Shown one piece after another: positions 38,982 to 51,181 of a stretch of 64,000 bases of DNA. The notes under the pieces were generated by a model. That model saw only the letters and a list, made by a program, of their open reading frames with translations. It did not search any database and was not told where the DNA came from. Source of the DNA: Botryllus schlosseri (Eukaryota); NCBI GenBank assembly GCA_051294905.1, contig CM119378.1, forward strand, positions 1,738,001 through 1,802,000, in the 5' to 3' direction. The first letter of the stretch is position 1; the number at the start of each line of letters is the position of its first letter. Position numbers and translations under genes: made by a program.

Positions 38982-39338
38982 TGTAAAGTAGACAGCACAA
39001 GTATATCGTCCGACGCCCTGCGCTTGGGTCGCAACATTTTCTCCATTTCAACATACACAATTGATGCCAATATATGTGCGCTAGCTTTCCGATCGAACGT
39101 GGAATTTCACACGGCCGATTTCAGAGGAAATCTACTGCGGTACTGGTATACAACTACATTATATTCTGCGCACGCGGTCTTGTTGACATGGCAAGAATGA
39201 TGAGGTCGATTCGGTTCCGAACGCAATACCGAGAAACATTGCCAAATTGATGGCGTGCGTCGGAAGTGTCGACACTTTTTATCGTCTCTAAAAGTATAAA
39301 TGCGGGAAGGGGGGGGGGGGGGGGGGGGCGATGAGAGG

Positions 39339-40321
39339 CAGTGTTGGGATGACTCGAGCCATGACTTGACTCGAGTCAGACTCGAGTCACTTTTTCGTAT
39401 GACTTGACTTGACTCGAGTCACTTTGCTAAAATGACTTGACTTGACTTGACTCGGCGTATCAGAAATGTGGAATGACTCGTGACTCGGAGCAAAATTCAC
39501 GAGTCAATTTCAAGTCATCATGATGCAAGTAATCAGTGTCGATAGAAATCACTGTATCTGGCATATGTTCGGATTGTTCGCGCAACGCTGGTGTAACCCG
39601 TGAGAGCGACCAATCATTCAATGATCGTGCGTTTTACTGAGCCTCCATTGTTCTCTCACAAATATATTGATCGCAAACGAAGTGATCGAAGCTTACAGCC
39701 TACATGTCATAAACTAGACTTTAGTAAAGTAGTTTAATAGCAAAATGTCTATTTCTGTTCTGTGTTCTTAACTTAACCAAACCTCGTGTTTTATCGAAAT
39801 TGAATTCGAAAATAGTTTATATAGTCCTCAAACATTGACGCAGGCTCGAACTGTATCATATCAATTTGCAAAAGGGTAATGTATTGCATCTTACTAATTT
39901 CTTTCTCTGTTTTCTATTTTGGCTGGTTACTATAAACTGAGGCTGTGCAATTACTAACGTAGTTTATTAGTTCTACTTATATGTGAGCGATACAGCGCTT
40001 TACATGCGTGTATATTTAACTCTATATTCCTTCATCAGTTCAAAATCAATGACCACTCAATCTGTATTTCAGACAGCTAGCAAAATACAATGACGTAATC
40101 ACGCCTCATACCTCGAAAAGGCAATTTGACTTGAATTGTGACTTTACTCGTGACTTGACTTGACTTGACTCGACTTGACTCGAGTCACCTTCAAAAATCG
40201 AGTGACTTGATTTGACTCGAGTCACCTTCGAAAATCGATTGACTTGACTTGACTCGAGTCAAAATGTGTCATGACTCGAAATGACTCGTGACTCGAACGT
40301 GGTGACTTGATCCCAACACTG
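39339..40321 (+). mobile_element. hAT-type MITE family C (~985 bp, GACTCGAGTC/TGACT arrays)
   Basis: TIR CAGTGTTGGGAT...ATCCCAACACTG; perfect TSD ATGAGAGG; copies at 55862-56848 and inverted at 51182-53080. Confidence 0.92.
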
Positions 40322-40414
40322 ATGAGAGGTCGCCCAAGTGCAAACATTACTATGACTGGGCGGGCGCGTACAATCGTTATCGTCGCCCCCTTATAACGCA
40401 CATTTTGATACAAA

Positions 40415-41296
40415 TAAATCAGTTAAATATCTTGGCATGATCATTGATGATAAACTCGGGTGGGCTGATCATCAACAATATAAAAACTAAAATCTCGCGT
40501 GGTGTCGGGGCTCTCTATCGCCTTAAAAACTTAATTCCTCATCAAACTCTTACATCAGTCTACTATTCCTTAATTCACTGCTATCTCATTTATGGGATCC
40601 TAGTTTGGGGCCCTGCTGCGAAAAAACATCTGCAGAAATTGCAAGTCTTGCAAAACCGTGCCATACGAATTTTATGTCGAAAATCTAGATAGGCCTATGA
40701 AAATTGTAATAGGCTGTATCGAAGCGTTGGAATATTGAAAGTGGAAGACATTTTCAAATTTGAGGTAATGAAATTCATGCATATAGCTATCATCAGGGTG
40801 AACTGCCACTATATTTTGATAATCTGTTTAATATACCTTCAGATATACCCACCGACATCGTAGCCTACTAGATTTTCTTCGAACTTATCTCTGTCTGTGC
40901 AACACCACTCAACCAGTCTTGTGCAAAATTCAATCAGTTTTATTGGTGTCAATATTTGGAATAAGCTTCCACCTAATCTCCGTAATTTAGACTCTTGTGC
41001 ATTTTAAAAACAATTTTTTCATTTCCTTATCTCTAACTACCGCTAAATTGTGTTTGCATTGAATTTTCAATTGTTGCATATGATACTGTGTCTTGTTTTA
41101 TTTCTTTTCGTTCTTCAGTTAGTTTTTTAATATTTTTTATTTATCGACTGAATATTGCTCCTGTCCTGGGTGACTCGGCTCTGATGACTTTGTCATATGT
41201 TACATGTCGCATTTCACTGTTACATTTTTGTAGTGTAATGTTGATATGTAATGTGTACGAATAAAGATGCTCTCTTTCTCTCTCTCTCTCTCTCTC
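40415..41296 (+). mobile_element. 5'-truncated, decayed LINE (CR1/L2/Crack-like ORF2 C-terminus plus 3' UTR)
   Basis: SVKYLGMIIDDKL, then (frameshift) KISRGVGALYRLK..YYSLIHCYLIYGILVWG..LQVLQNRAIRI..ILKVEDIFKFEVMKFMH. Ends AATAAA followed by (CT)n. Confidence 0.85.
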
Positions 41297-41343
41297 CTTA
41301 TAGCAGTTCCCTGGCTTCGTACCGGTACCTCATCTCGAGTTAT

Positions 41344-41613
41344 ATTTTATTTTCATCTGAACAAGACACACACACACAACGTACAATGCGATAAGACACA
41401 ATGCGATGTAATGAACAGATATGAGGATGCCCAACGACGCGCAGTTACGGTCCTTTAGACTGGCATCCACCTCGGCCTGGAGTGCCCGGTGTCACACAGT
41501 TCTTTTCGATGTTGATCTTTTTGAAGCCGTGGCCCTTTCTAGTTCTTTCCATTCCTTGTGAGTCCTTTCTTTCGTCGGGTCTTTTTCTGGGACGCCGGGG
41601 AAGAGGAGCCCAG
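41344..41613 (-). mobile_element. SINE family B, partial inverted copy
   Basis: Reverse complement matches ~36025-36290 and the tail at ~36400-36470. Confidence 0.65.
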
Positions 41614-42601
41614 ACGGATGAGTGGCTAGCTCAATGCTGGCACCGCGTGACCGCATCGAGAAGTGTTGCTCATGACTATCAAATTATAGATAACTAACTA
41701 ACCTACCCGTAGGTTAGATGTCTATAAACAAATACACTATTCAACAGTGCTTCCCATGACACTCAAAAAGCTGACTTTATTTACATTTTCATTTGCGGTT
41801 GCGGTTAACGAGAGTCCGGCTTTCGCATGTGAAAATAGATTTAATTCACAATTCTATTTCAAATTTAGTAGAAATTGACGGCATTACTTCCACTTGTATT
41901 TTAGTATCATCGATGGCTATTTTGACCACTTATGATGGTCAATAGGTAAGTGAATCCGTCTATTGATATGAAAACTGATATTTTGCATTAGGACCAGCCA
42001 AAGCCAGGTATAGGTATAGTGACTGCGGACTAGTGAGGTAGCAAATTTAATATTTGCAACAGAGAATAGTGATGGATTTGAAGTACTGGATTTTGTGCCC
42101 GGGCTGCCTTGTCAATGTCCGTGTCATTTACTCATTGTCATGTACTCAATTCGCCTGATTTCAAAGACTACCGTACTCCATGTCTTTTCGACACGTTCGT
42201 ATGTTTTCACTATATTGCAGTCTTGTAGTCCAATATGGAATCGGTGTCTCATGCACACCAGCACCAAGGACATACTATTCCGAACAGAGAACAGACAGGT
42301 GTGAAGACTTGCCTATTCTACCACGATGCAGATAAATGGTAGTCTCATGTGTACAGGACTTCTGCTATACTTACAGTAGTTTTCTGAATGATATTCATCT
42401 CTCTCCCCGCTGTATATGTAGGCTACAGATTTCCTAGTATTATCATTTCATGTCTGTCTCGGCATTAAAATTATTGTTCGCATATTCCAGCAGATCCATA
42501 AACCTCAAAATGTCTCCAGAATCATACTAGTTACATTATGATGGTGTAGTAATTGTAGAATACTCGAAGAATTTCTATAAGGACCGATTACGTTCTGTGA
42601 A

Positions 42602-43021
42602 ATGTCGTCCCACAATCGAGTCCAGTATGTGAAGCAGGAACAGCCTTCTTTCTTGAAAAAGTTCAAGGAAAAGGTTGGAATGAAACCTGAGGCTACTGTG
42701 GAAGATAAGAAGCAAGCGCTAGCCGATGAGTGCGACGATGAAGAAAAAGATGATGAAAAACCAGTTATTGTGGTTCTTAATGAAGGGGATTTAACAGCGG
42801 ATGAAGCAAACTCTCATCAAGAAGTGGCAAGTGATGAAAAAATAGTATTTAAGAAACCAACAAAAAGGAATCGTGATAGCGGCCTTAACGCTTCTACTAA
42901 GAAGCCTAAAGTTGACGAAGATTGTTCAACCAGAAAGCAGAAGACTTCCAAAGACAAAAAGTCGAACACGCAAGCAGCTTCGAAGTCCTTACTCTCATTT
43001 GATCATGATGATGATGAATAA
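42602..43021 (+). CDS. KIAA1143: KIAA1143-like protein (DUF4604), 139 aa
   Basis: NRVQYVKQEQPSFLKKFKEKVG, DDEKPVIVVLNEGDLTADEA, KIVFKKPTKR and C-terminal LLSFDHDDDE are typical of this family. Confidence 0.88.
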   Translation: MSSHNRVQYVKQEQPSFLKKFKEKVGMKPEATVEDKKQALADECDDEEKDDEKPVIVVLNEGDLTADEANSHQEVASDEKIVFKKPTKRNRDSGLNASTKKPKVDEDCSTRKQKTSKDKKSNTQAASKSLLSFDHDDDE

Positions 43022-44643
43022 GACCGAGCTGAAATATATTATCCCTCAGGTTTGGGAAAATGATATTGGTATGTTTGCGATACGTATCAATGCAGTTGCC
43101 CCACATTTGAGCATGCAGCACAATGAAAAGCAACAGATTAGTGTGCAACGCTTGAGCATGTGTCTTTATAACCCCAGAATTACCCGTTACCCACATGCTC
43201 CAACACATGATATTGGTATGTTGTAATACGTACGGTAACCTAATATTGGCTCATAATATTCTCTTCGGGTACTGTGACCAATGACCATTCTACTGTATTT
43301 GCATCTATTCGTGCCGGAGTGCATGAAGTGACGAAATAGTCAATATTTCAGTTACAACACATTTGATCATTAACTCAGGAAAATGATTCAAAGCAACTGA
43401 TGTATCAGGAAGCAGTTAATTTGCAGAAAATTGCGCTTTCATCCGTGCTGTTGAATGCTGACATATTTTCATGGCTTGATTTATGTTGATTTTGTTTTGA
43501 TAATAAATAATGAATTCATGATGCAATTAGTTTACTGGTCATTTTAATTTACCTCCAATGGGAAAGTTGGATATTGTTTTCTGCAGCGTTTCCACTACAT
43601 TTTCAAGTAAGGCGTCGCAATTTTCAGTGCTCAGTAAAACAGGACGATCAGGGCATCCAGACGAAACGGGAGGACATCCAATTTCGAAGCCATGGCGAAT
43701 CCAAATTGTTGGTTTCGATCTACATCCGGCGGTTATTTTAGAGAGCAAGGTATCTTCGCATTTTTCAACCATTCCTGTTCACGCGATCGCAATTCGTGAA
43801 GACTCGATAATTGTGTGGGTAATTACGAGATCGTAGCTTCACGTAGTCCTGTACAATGTAGGGTACATCGGGTGCATATTTCCTCGGAGTACGGAGACGG
43901 CTGCGTCAAATTTTGAAGGTGATTCGCGCGCACCAGTGATTCTTTACCGGTCGGGTTATATTTTACCGGTGTCCCCCGGAACCCCAAGGGTTTCTCAGTG
44001 GTTCAAAGGGGTTCAAGGGTTTCTCAGGGGTCCAACACGTCCGTCTTGGCCACCGTTGGTTGCAGGTAGTCCGTATACAAATTGTGATTGTTGTGGCGGT
44101 ACGTCGTGTGCAGTGGCGTATGGAGCAGGGATTGGCGTCCAATATCGAAACCCCGTCCTTCAGAAAATGCCAGTTCTATCCCAAGTATTTGCTAGCTCAT
44201 GTGCAATTAAGCATTTGGTATATCACACGTCTCGCTTTCCTGGACTGCTCTCTGATTTGTAACACTGATTAGTAACAAATATTGACAGTAACGTTTTCGT
44301 TTTGTGTGAAAATCTAACATTTGTTACAGCCAGGCAGTGATGAAATAAGTGTACCTGTTTGCTGTGGGTAATCAGACTAGTTCACCTGCAAGGTCGTATC
44401 GATCATTCTATCTGATAGCGAATACTGTGCAATCTGCAGTGCATGTATTTTTCTGTGACAACATTATTGCTGTCAATTCGTTAGATGTATTTCGGTTGGA
44501 TGAAAATAATGACACTCTCTTAAGCATAGTTCACATTAAGTAAAATCGTACGGCGCATAGGGCGGTAATGATTTTGTTCATAACACTCTGTTGTTTGATG
44601 CACACTGCGCAGTTCATTTTGTGCACCAGTAGTCTAAAATAAT

Positions 44644-45940
44644 CGGAGGTGTTCAGTAACGAAGTACCTACTTCTACTCTCCGCTACTTGGGTACTACTA
44701 TTTATTCAAGTAGATCTAATTTCCCGCTACTCCTACTTCGTAATATTTTGAGATCTACACATTACTTACTTGCCAAAGTAGTTTAATCTGCAAATCAGAA
44801 AAATAGTCTGAGGAATTCCGGGGCTGTTTCCACGGAGTATCAACATTTAATCTTCATAAAAGCTGAGTAAAGCCCATAATTTTAGTCGCGCTTCGCGCTC
44901 TGATTTCACGTCTTCACGAACGTATCGGTGAATATAATTTAGGTAGGGGTTGCGTGGTTCCGTTCTTAGCTTTACACCCGTTTTAGCAGGCCGCTATTGA
45001 AGCTTTCCTGACAAAAGACCTGAAATATATTTTCCGCTTTTTAGAAATAGTAGGCCAATATCTCTTTCAATTCCCAGTATCACAATCTGAGTTTCTAATT
45101 AGTTTCAGTTCGTTTGTCTGGAGAACATACATGTTGAAGTATGAAAGCAAGTGTAGTATATTGCCTCTATTTCCCGAAGATAATTAAGCTACACTATATG
45201 ACATTTTGACGATCAGCCATATATTTTTATTAGCGCTTAAACTACTTATCCGAGTTGCTCTTCGACCAAACTTAGGTCGCCCACCTTATATTTTCTAAAT
45301 GGCATTGTTCGAGATTTGCATTCCTATATCAATGCTATCATTTTCATCCCGTGATGTGGACGAATGCTTATGCTGTCGAAAATATACCTCCTGGGATGCA
45401 TCAATATGAATCAATAATCTCTGCACCTTTTGCATAGCTCAATTTGAAGTTTTTGACAATCTATGGCCTATGCGAGCGAATCACGGTCGTGTTTTCACTA
45501 CTTTCAATACTAACTAGCCAGTCTTCAGGATTACCAGACCATGATCTAACATCGACCTCGCCCGCCGCTACATGCCGCCCCATTTTGTCACTTGCGTCTT
45601 ATATTCTCTGCATTACTTTTCATTCAGTGCGCATGCCTCTTATTTACTTCGCCTAGGCTAAGGTGTGGGTGTCTGATCTTAATGGCTACTTCGAGTTGTT
45701 TCGACACCTTCCTATCTTTTCATTGTATCGCAGTCTTGTGATGTTTTGGAACGATGAAAATAATAATAAACCTGATTGATTGATTGTTTACTTGAGTAGA
45801 TTTAAAGTCAGTCAATTCTACTACAAGTAGGCTATGCAGTTTTAGGCTATAAGGACCATACTTCTACTCGTACTTGGGAGTAGATTTTTGCGTCGCTACT
45901 TCTACTTGAGTAGCTTTCTCGACTACTTTGACCACATCTG
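44644..45940. mobile_element. hAT-type element, same family as 16852-18143
   Basis: CGGAGGTGTTCAGTAACG...TGACCACATCTG; perfect TSD AAAATAAT. Confidence 0.82.
45520..45786 (+). mobile_element. LINE 3' tail fragment nested in 44644-45940
   Basis: Absent from the 16852 copy; homologous to 63165-63437; ends AATAAA plus (TGAT)n. Confidence 0.65.
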
Positions 45941-46638
45941 AAAATAATGTATTAGATGTGCATTTGGTGTGTAATTTGGTTGATTTTTGTGACTCTACGA
46001 AAATTTAGGGTACCCCGAAGGCTTGAAAATAGGTAACGCCACCTGTGATTGATTTGAAATTTACGAGATAACTTCTAGTTTTAGTAGGAATACTGACTAC
46101 TTTGACAACCTCTGGAGTTGAACTAGAACGGCATCTCACTAAATTGGGTTCACCAGGGCAAAGAATGTTTGCCCCAGGTCATTCAAGGTTAAGAACCACT
46201 TGAGTGCAATCATGCCATGACCGATAATAACCTTTGGTTGATATTATTTTTATTGATTGAATGCATATTATAAAAGCATTGGTCAGTAATATTTATTGCT
46301 TCATCGAATGAAAATATATTCATTGATACCCGATTTACTTTTTGTTGGTCCAAATCCGATTATTTTATCATTCTCAAGCAAAACCATTCGGAAAGCATTT
46401 TCCCGATATGAATATTTTATCGTGCGAGAACATGACGTACAATATTCTGCCAGGATCACAGTGGCCAGATGTCGTAACAACATGTCAGTTAGTGGGTACG
46501 GTACTGCGGAAATGTATTCTGCAAATTTCCAATATCGAAGAAGAGTTTGATTAGAAGTAAATTCGTATGGTAGTCTCTTCATATCTTGAAGAGAGCAAAT
46601 CACCGATATCTGTGGGATAAAGCCAGACTATACCGACT

Positions 46639-48897
46639 ATGGCGACAGAAGTTTCTGATCTTCTCACAATGCACGATGTGAGAAATCCTCGCAAACGAGG
46701 TTTTCTTACCAGGACTTGTTTCTATTGGTATATTGCAATGAGCAATAAAAGCCAGGTTGGATTTACATCAGTGGATGACATGCGAAACAGAGTGTTGACC
46801 AACGACAGAGTACAAGAAGCCATTGAAAAGACCTTAAACGACAACAGTTCCACCGTCAATAGAACAGAGGCTGTATTAAAAGTCGAAATGACCGCAAAGG
46901 AAATGATAGGAACAGTCACGACACGTGTAATCCGATTTTGTGGATGGATTTATATCACCCTGCTGAAACAGGTTTGTGGGTCTGTCCAATTCAGTCCAAA
47001 ACAAATGGAACTCGTTAAAGAGCTCTCCGAACAAACTTGCCCGGTTGTATACATGCCATTACATTTCAGCCATTTGGATTATATCCTCCTGTCGTTGGTA
47101 CTTTTCCACAATGATATCAAGGTACCTCACATTGCTAGTGGAAACAACCTGCAAATACCCATTATAGGGTATTTTATTAAAAAAGCAGGCGGATTTTTTA
47201 TTCGACGGAAAATTGAAGAAAAAAATGGAAAAGATTACATATACCGAGCTGTACTACAAGCGTACATTACCGAATTACTGAAAGAAGGTCAAAGCATCGA
47301 GGTATTCATTGAGGGAACCAGATCGCGAAGTGGATTACCAAACTTACCCAAAACTGGATTGTTATCAGTGCTAGTTGATGCGGTCACAGAGAAGAATGTT
47401 TCCGATGTCACCATAGTTCCAGTGCATACAAGTTATGAAAAACTGCTCGAAGGCAACTACAACAATGAATTACTCGGCAAGGCCAAAAAACCGGAAAGTT
47501 TGTGGGACACTTGCAAATCAGTGGCACGCTTATTTTTCGGTTATTACGGGAATATCAAAATCAATTTTGGGAAACCCATATCTGTGAAATCTGCTTTGAA
47601 GGACATAAATCAATATTTACGAGATCCTTCAAACGTTGACAATGATGGTGATTCAAGTTTTGATCTGATTTCGTCTGTTATAAGTCGACGTCATGTGTCT
47701 GATCTTGCTGAGCATATCGTATATCACGGCATGACATCTGGTTCGTTCATGGCCAGTCATCTAATCGCTTATTTATTGGTCAATCGATTCCGAGCGGGTG
47801 TTGTTTTAGAAGATTTGATCGACGCGTACTGTCGTTTGAAAATCCAGATCACCGGAAAAGGAAGGGACTTAGCATTTTGCGGCGAGCCACAGGATGTAGT
47901 GCTACGAACACTTGACTTGTTTGATGACAGCATTGTTGATGTACATTGCATAAACGGGGATCAAGAATCTTCACCAATATCAAATTCTGATGCCAATGAT
48001 GTCTCCACTGATAATGCAGACAGCGAAAAGGCAGACAGCGGTATATTCGTCAATGGAAATGATGATATACCCGTTAATTGGAGCGTTGATAATGTAGAAA
48101 AGTCTACATTATTTATCAAGCCTAATATCACCATACCTTCCATATTTGAACTCGCTTACTACGCTAACGCGTTGACACCACTATTCGCAATTGAATCAAT
48201 CATATGTCTGTCTGTGAACGCGGTCACAGGATTTCGGTACTACATGATTGATACTGTATGGAAAAACGCAGGCACGAACGATATCTTCGAAGATAGTCTT
48301 CCGCAAAAAATGAAGGTCTCGTTCCGCAGGAGTGCTTTGGTCGAGAAAACTTTAGAACTATGCGACTTGCTACAGTTGGATTTTCTACTGTGTGATGTTT
48401 TCATGAATCTGGAGGATTGCATTCAGGACCGTGTGCAGGAATTGGTGTCTGGAGGTTTTTTTCTAAGTACTGTGATAGGCTCGCAAAAACGGATACATCA
48501 ATCTTACGGTATTGATGATGAATATAATATGGTTGATGACGAATTGCTTAAAGTCAATTTGCATTCGATTCCGCAATTTCTCAGCTATCAAAGTGTTTTA
48601 GCACCTTTTATTGAAGCATTATCACTCGTTGTCGAACAATTGCCGGCTCTATCGACTCCCATGTCGACAAGAGATTTCTTGTCAAAAGTTCTAATACACG
48701 CACAACTTCGTGTCAGAACTGGCTTAGCGACAAGAATTGAATGCTGCTCTAGTGAAACGGTTCTGCATTGCATACGTGCGTTTGAGCAAAATAACGTTTT
48801 GCGTAACGTAGACGGACTGTTATCAGTCGTAGGCGATTGCAACGATCCTGCTTACTTCAACACATTGCTGTCGAAAATTCATGTATTTCTGATGTAG
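46639..48897 (+). CDS. GPAM: Glycerol-3-phosphate acyltransferase, mitochondrial type (GPAT1/GPAM-like), 752 aa, uninterrupted ORF
   Basis: Acyltransferase blocks HFSHLDY (HxxxxD), GGFFIRR, FIEGTRSRSG and IVPVHTSYE; NYNNELLGKAKKPESLW and FELAYYAN resemble GPAM rather than GNPAT. Confidence 0.9.
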   Translation: MATEVSDLLTMHDVRNPRKRGFLTRTCFYWYIAMSNKSQVGFTSVDDMRNRVLTNDRVQEAIEKTLNDNSSTVNRTEAVLKVEMTAKEMIGTVTTRVIRFCGWIYITLLKQVCGSVQFSPKQMELVKELSEQTCPVVYMPLHFSHLDYILLSLVLFHNDIKVPHIASGNNLQIPIIGYFIKKAGGFFIRRKIEEKNGKDYIYRAVLQAYITELLKEGQSIEVFIEGTRSRSGLPNLPKTGLLSVLVDAVTEKNVSDVTIVPVHTSYEKLLEGNYNNELLGKAKKPESLWDTCKSVARLFFGYYGNIKINFGKPISVKSALKDINQYLRDPSNVDNDGDSSFDLISSVISRRHVSDLAEHIVYHGMTSGSFMASHLIAYLLVNRFRAGVVLEDLIDAYCRLKIQITGKGRDLAFCGEPQDVVLRTLDLFDDSIVDVHCINGDQESSPISNSDANDVSTDNADSEKADSGIFVNGNDDIPVNWSVDNVEKSTLFIKPNITIPSIFELAYYANALTPLFAIESIICLSVNAVTGFRYYMIDTVWKNAGTNDIFEDSLPQKMKVSFRRSALVEKTLELCDLLQLDFLLCDVFMNLEDCIQDRVQELVSGGFFLSTVIGSQKRIHQSYGIDDEYNMVDDELLKVNLHSIPQFLSYQSVLAPFIEALSLVVEQLPALSTPMSTRDFLSKVLIHAQLRVRTGLATRIECCSSETVLHCIRAFEQNNVLRNVDGLLSVVGDCNDPAYFNTLLSKIHVFLM

Positions 48898-49198
48898 ACG
48901 TTCGTGCGATTTTTGCAGTTTCAACATAGCACCCTCGCTTCTTGCCCTAATAGCAAATTCTTTTTGTGACAAATTTCATTGATTTTGGTTCCGTCAAAAA
49001 TTGAAAATTTTGTAATCTGTACCAATACAATGTTTTCGTGTTCTACGGCTGGTCTTGGAGATGGGGTTCTTCCTATGTTAAGGCATCTGTTCTTGGTCAG
49101 CTGTTCTTTATGGAATGACGTTCAATTTCCTCCCGGATTCGATCCTGCAAGGTATGCAACAAAGCAATATTTAGAAATAGCTCCATAAAGGTTTGTAG

Positions 49199-50316
49199 TA
49201 GGGATGGTGTGAACGTGAGGTTCACGTTCGCGTTCTGTGTGTGAACCTCGGAAATTTAGAGGTTCGCGTTCACAACAGAACCTTGGTAGGTTCTGCACTG
49301 TGAACCTTTTTCATATATTACAATTTTCACTTCATATAACATCTTTCTTTGGTTCAAATTTATTGCATTTCAATTGTGAGCCACTCTCTGCATGGCGCTG
49401 GCAGCATTATAAACCAACACTAAACGAGCATGCACCTTGACAATCTCAAAAGTTTTACTTACTTTGTTACAAAAGTTTGCTCGGAATATCCAGCTTTCCA
49501 TTTGTAAATATTTAGTGACTCTCTGCTGTGAGTTTGACCCGCAATCACCCAACATCACGAGCGAAATACGTAGTCAGCGAATGATTCTTGTTCAATGTTC
49601 AACCAACCAATGAGATTGATATCGTTTTCTGATGCAAAACGTCTAGCAGGCGTACGGGGTCAATCTTTACTGGATCATTATAACCTAATCCGTGCGATTG
49701 AGGTGTTGGCTACTGCTATATAACTCGTTAATGGGGTCGAAATTGTTGGCAAAGCGACGAAAGATATTGATTTTAAAGGGAGTATTATGTCCTTTTTGGC
49801 TCAGTTGATACATTTAGCGACGTTTAAGACGCCAATATGTATTTCGGCATGGTGGCATTATGTGGCCCGAGTTGTCGCTAGGTATCGCGTACATTAATAT
49901 AGGCGACCGAGCGAGATAGTGTAATGGTTATGCGTCCGGCTTCTCGAGCGGTAGGTCGTGGGTTCGATTCCCGGCCGGGTCATACCAAAGACTCGAAAAA
50001 TGGTATCCGCAGCTATCCTGCTAGGCGCTCAGCAATCACGGATAGCATGGAGGAGAAAAAAAAACGGGGGCGCAGACTAGATGACCTCATGGGGCCGTAT
50101 CGCAACTCCGTCGCCAAAGCATCTCGATGGTGCAGGCGAGAAAGAATATCATATCTCTCTCTCTCTCTCTCTATCACTTCATTGAAAGATAGGGTTTGAA
50201 TTAGCATCATGACGTCATGTGACGTCATGAGGTTCACGTTCGTGTTCACACAGAACCTTTCAAAAAGGTTCGCGTTCACACGAACCAGAACCTTTCAGAG
50301 GTTCACACCATCCCTA
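49199..50316 (+). mobile_element. hAT-type MITE family D (GTTCAC/GAACCT repeats) carrying a nested SINE
   Basis: TAGGGATGGTGTGAAC...GTTCACACCATCCCTA; perfect TSD GTTTGTAG. Confidence 0.92.
49907..50172 (+). mobile_element. tRNA-derived SINE family A
   Basis: A-box TAGTGTAATGG, B-box GGTTCGATTCC, (CT)n tail; absent from the other family D copies; near-identical inverted copy at 61252-61511. Confidence 0.9.
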
Positions 50317-50362
50317 GTTTGTAGAGACTCTTGGGGGTACAGAACTTTCATAAACAATTGAA

Positions 50363-50595
50363 CAGAGGTGGTAAAAATAGTCATCGTTGGTACTCAAAAA
50401 AGAAGTAAATCATAAATTTCTACTCGAGTAGAAGTAGCTATTTACAAGTAAGTAAAAATGTAGGTATTCTAGGCCTAGTTTTTGCCTAAACTGTCAAGTA
50501 GAAATAGTCTATAAATATAACGACTTCAATAAGTTGGCTAAACTTGAAGTAGAATACGCTACTTCGTTAATCGTAACTGACTATGACCACCTCTG
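50363..50595. mobile_element. Short hAT-type MITE
   Basis: CAGAGGTGGT...ACCACCTCTG; TSD CAATTGAA/CAATTGAG. Confidence 0.75.
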
Positions 50596-51181
50596 CAATT
50601 GAGTAATGTATACATATTGAAATATGCCCAACTGTTGATGTCAGCAACTAGAGCAGTGGTTCTCAATCTTTTTTGACACCCGCCCCCCTGACCCCCCTTA
50701 CATTTATCGTCATGTCAAAAAGAGCACATCATCTAATACAGAGGTGTGCAATCTTTCTACTAATCATGGCCGCATTTCGATTACTTATGTAGCCTAAGGC
50801 CGCATTCCAGAGCATAGCCGCAATGAACGATCTGGACGCAAAATGCCTATGGCAAAGTGTCCATATCCATCCATTCCCGGTGAACTCCGGACTATTCTAC
50901 TTTTCACAACGGCCTATTTGTACGCAACGAAATCGCGAGTGGCAATGTTATGAATAGTTGCTGGGAGTGCATATTGTCGCGCGGAGCGCGAAAAGTTTTC
51001 AGAGGCGCGAATGAATTGTAATTTCTTGAGGATTCCCATTCCTGCTCCAATTAAGAAGGGCGCTACTGCATTAGAATCGAAAAATGTAGTCTTGTTGAAT
51101 TGCGCGGTGCGCGAAGTAAATTTATCGAATGAATAAAATCTCTCGAAAATTCGGGAGTGAATTCGTAATTGCAATTTGCAT

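Noticed and set aside
39355..40310. CRISPR-like or satellite array of GACTTGACTCGAGTC
   Set aside because: No regular repeat-spacer structure; these are subterminal repeats of a TIR/TSD-bounded eukaryotic MITE.
43775..43845. Selenoprotein read-through of in-frame TGA codons on the minus strand
   Set aside because: No selenoprotein motif or SECIS recognised; further stops upstream fit decay better.
49907..49985. tRNA gene
   Set aside because: No convincing acceptor stem or poly-T terminator; continues into a SINE body present twice.
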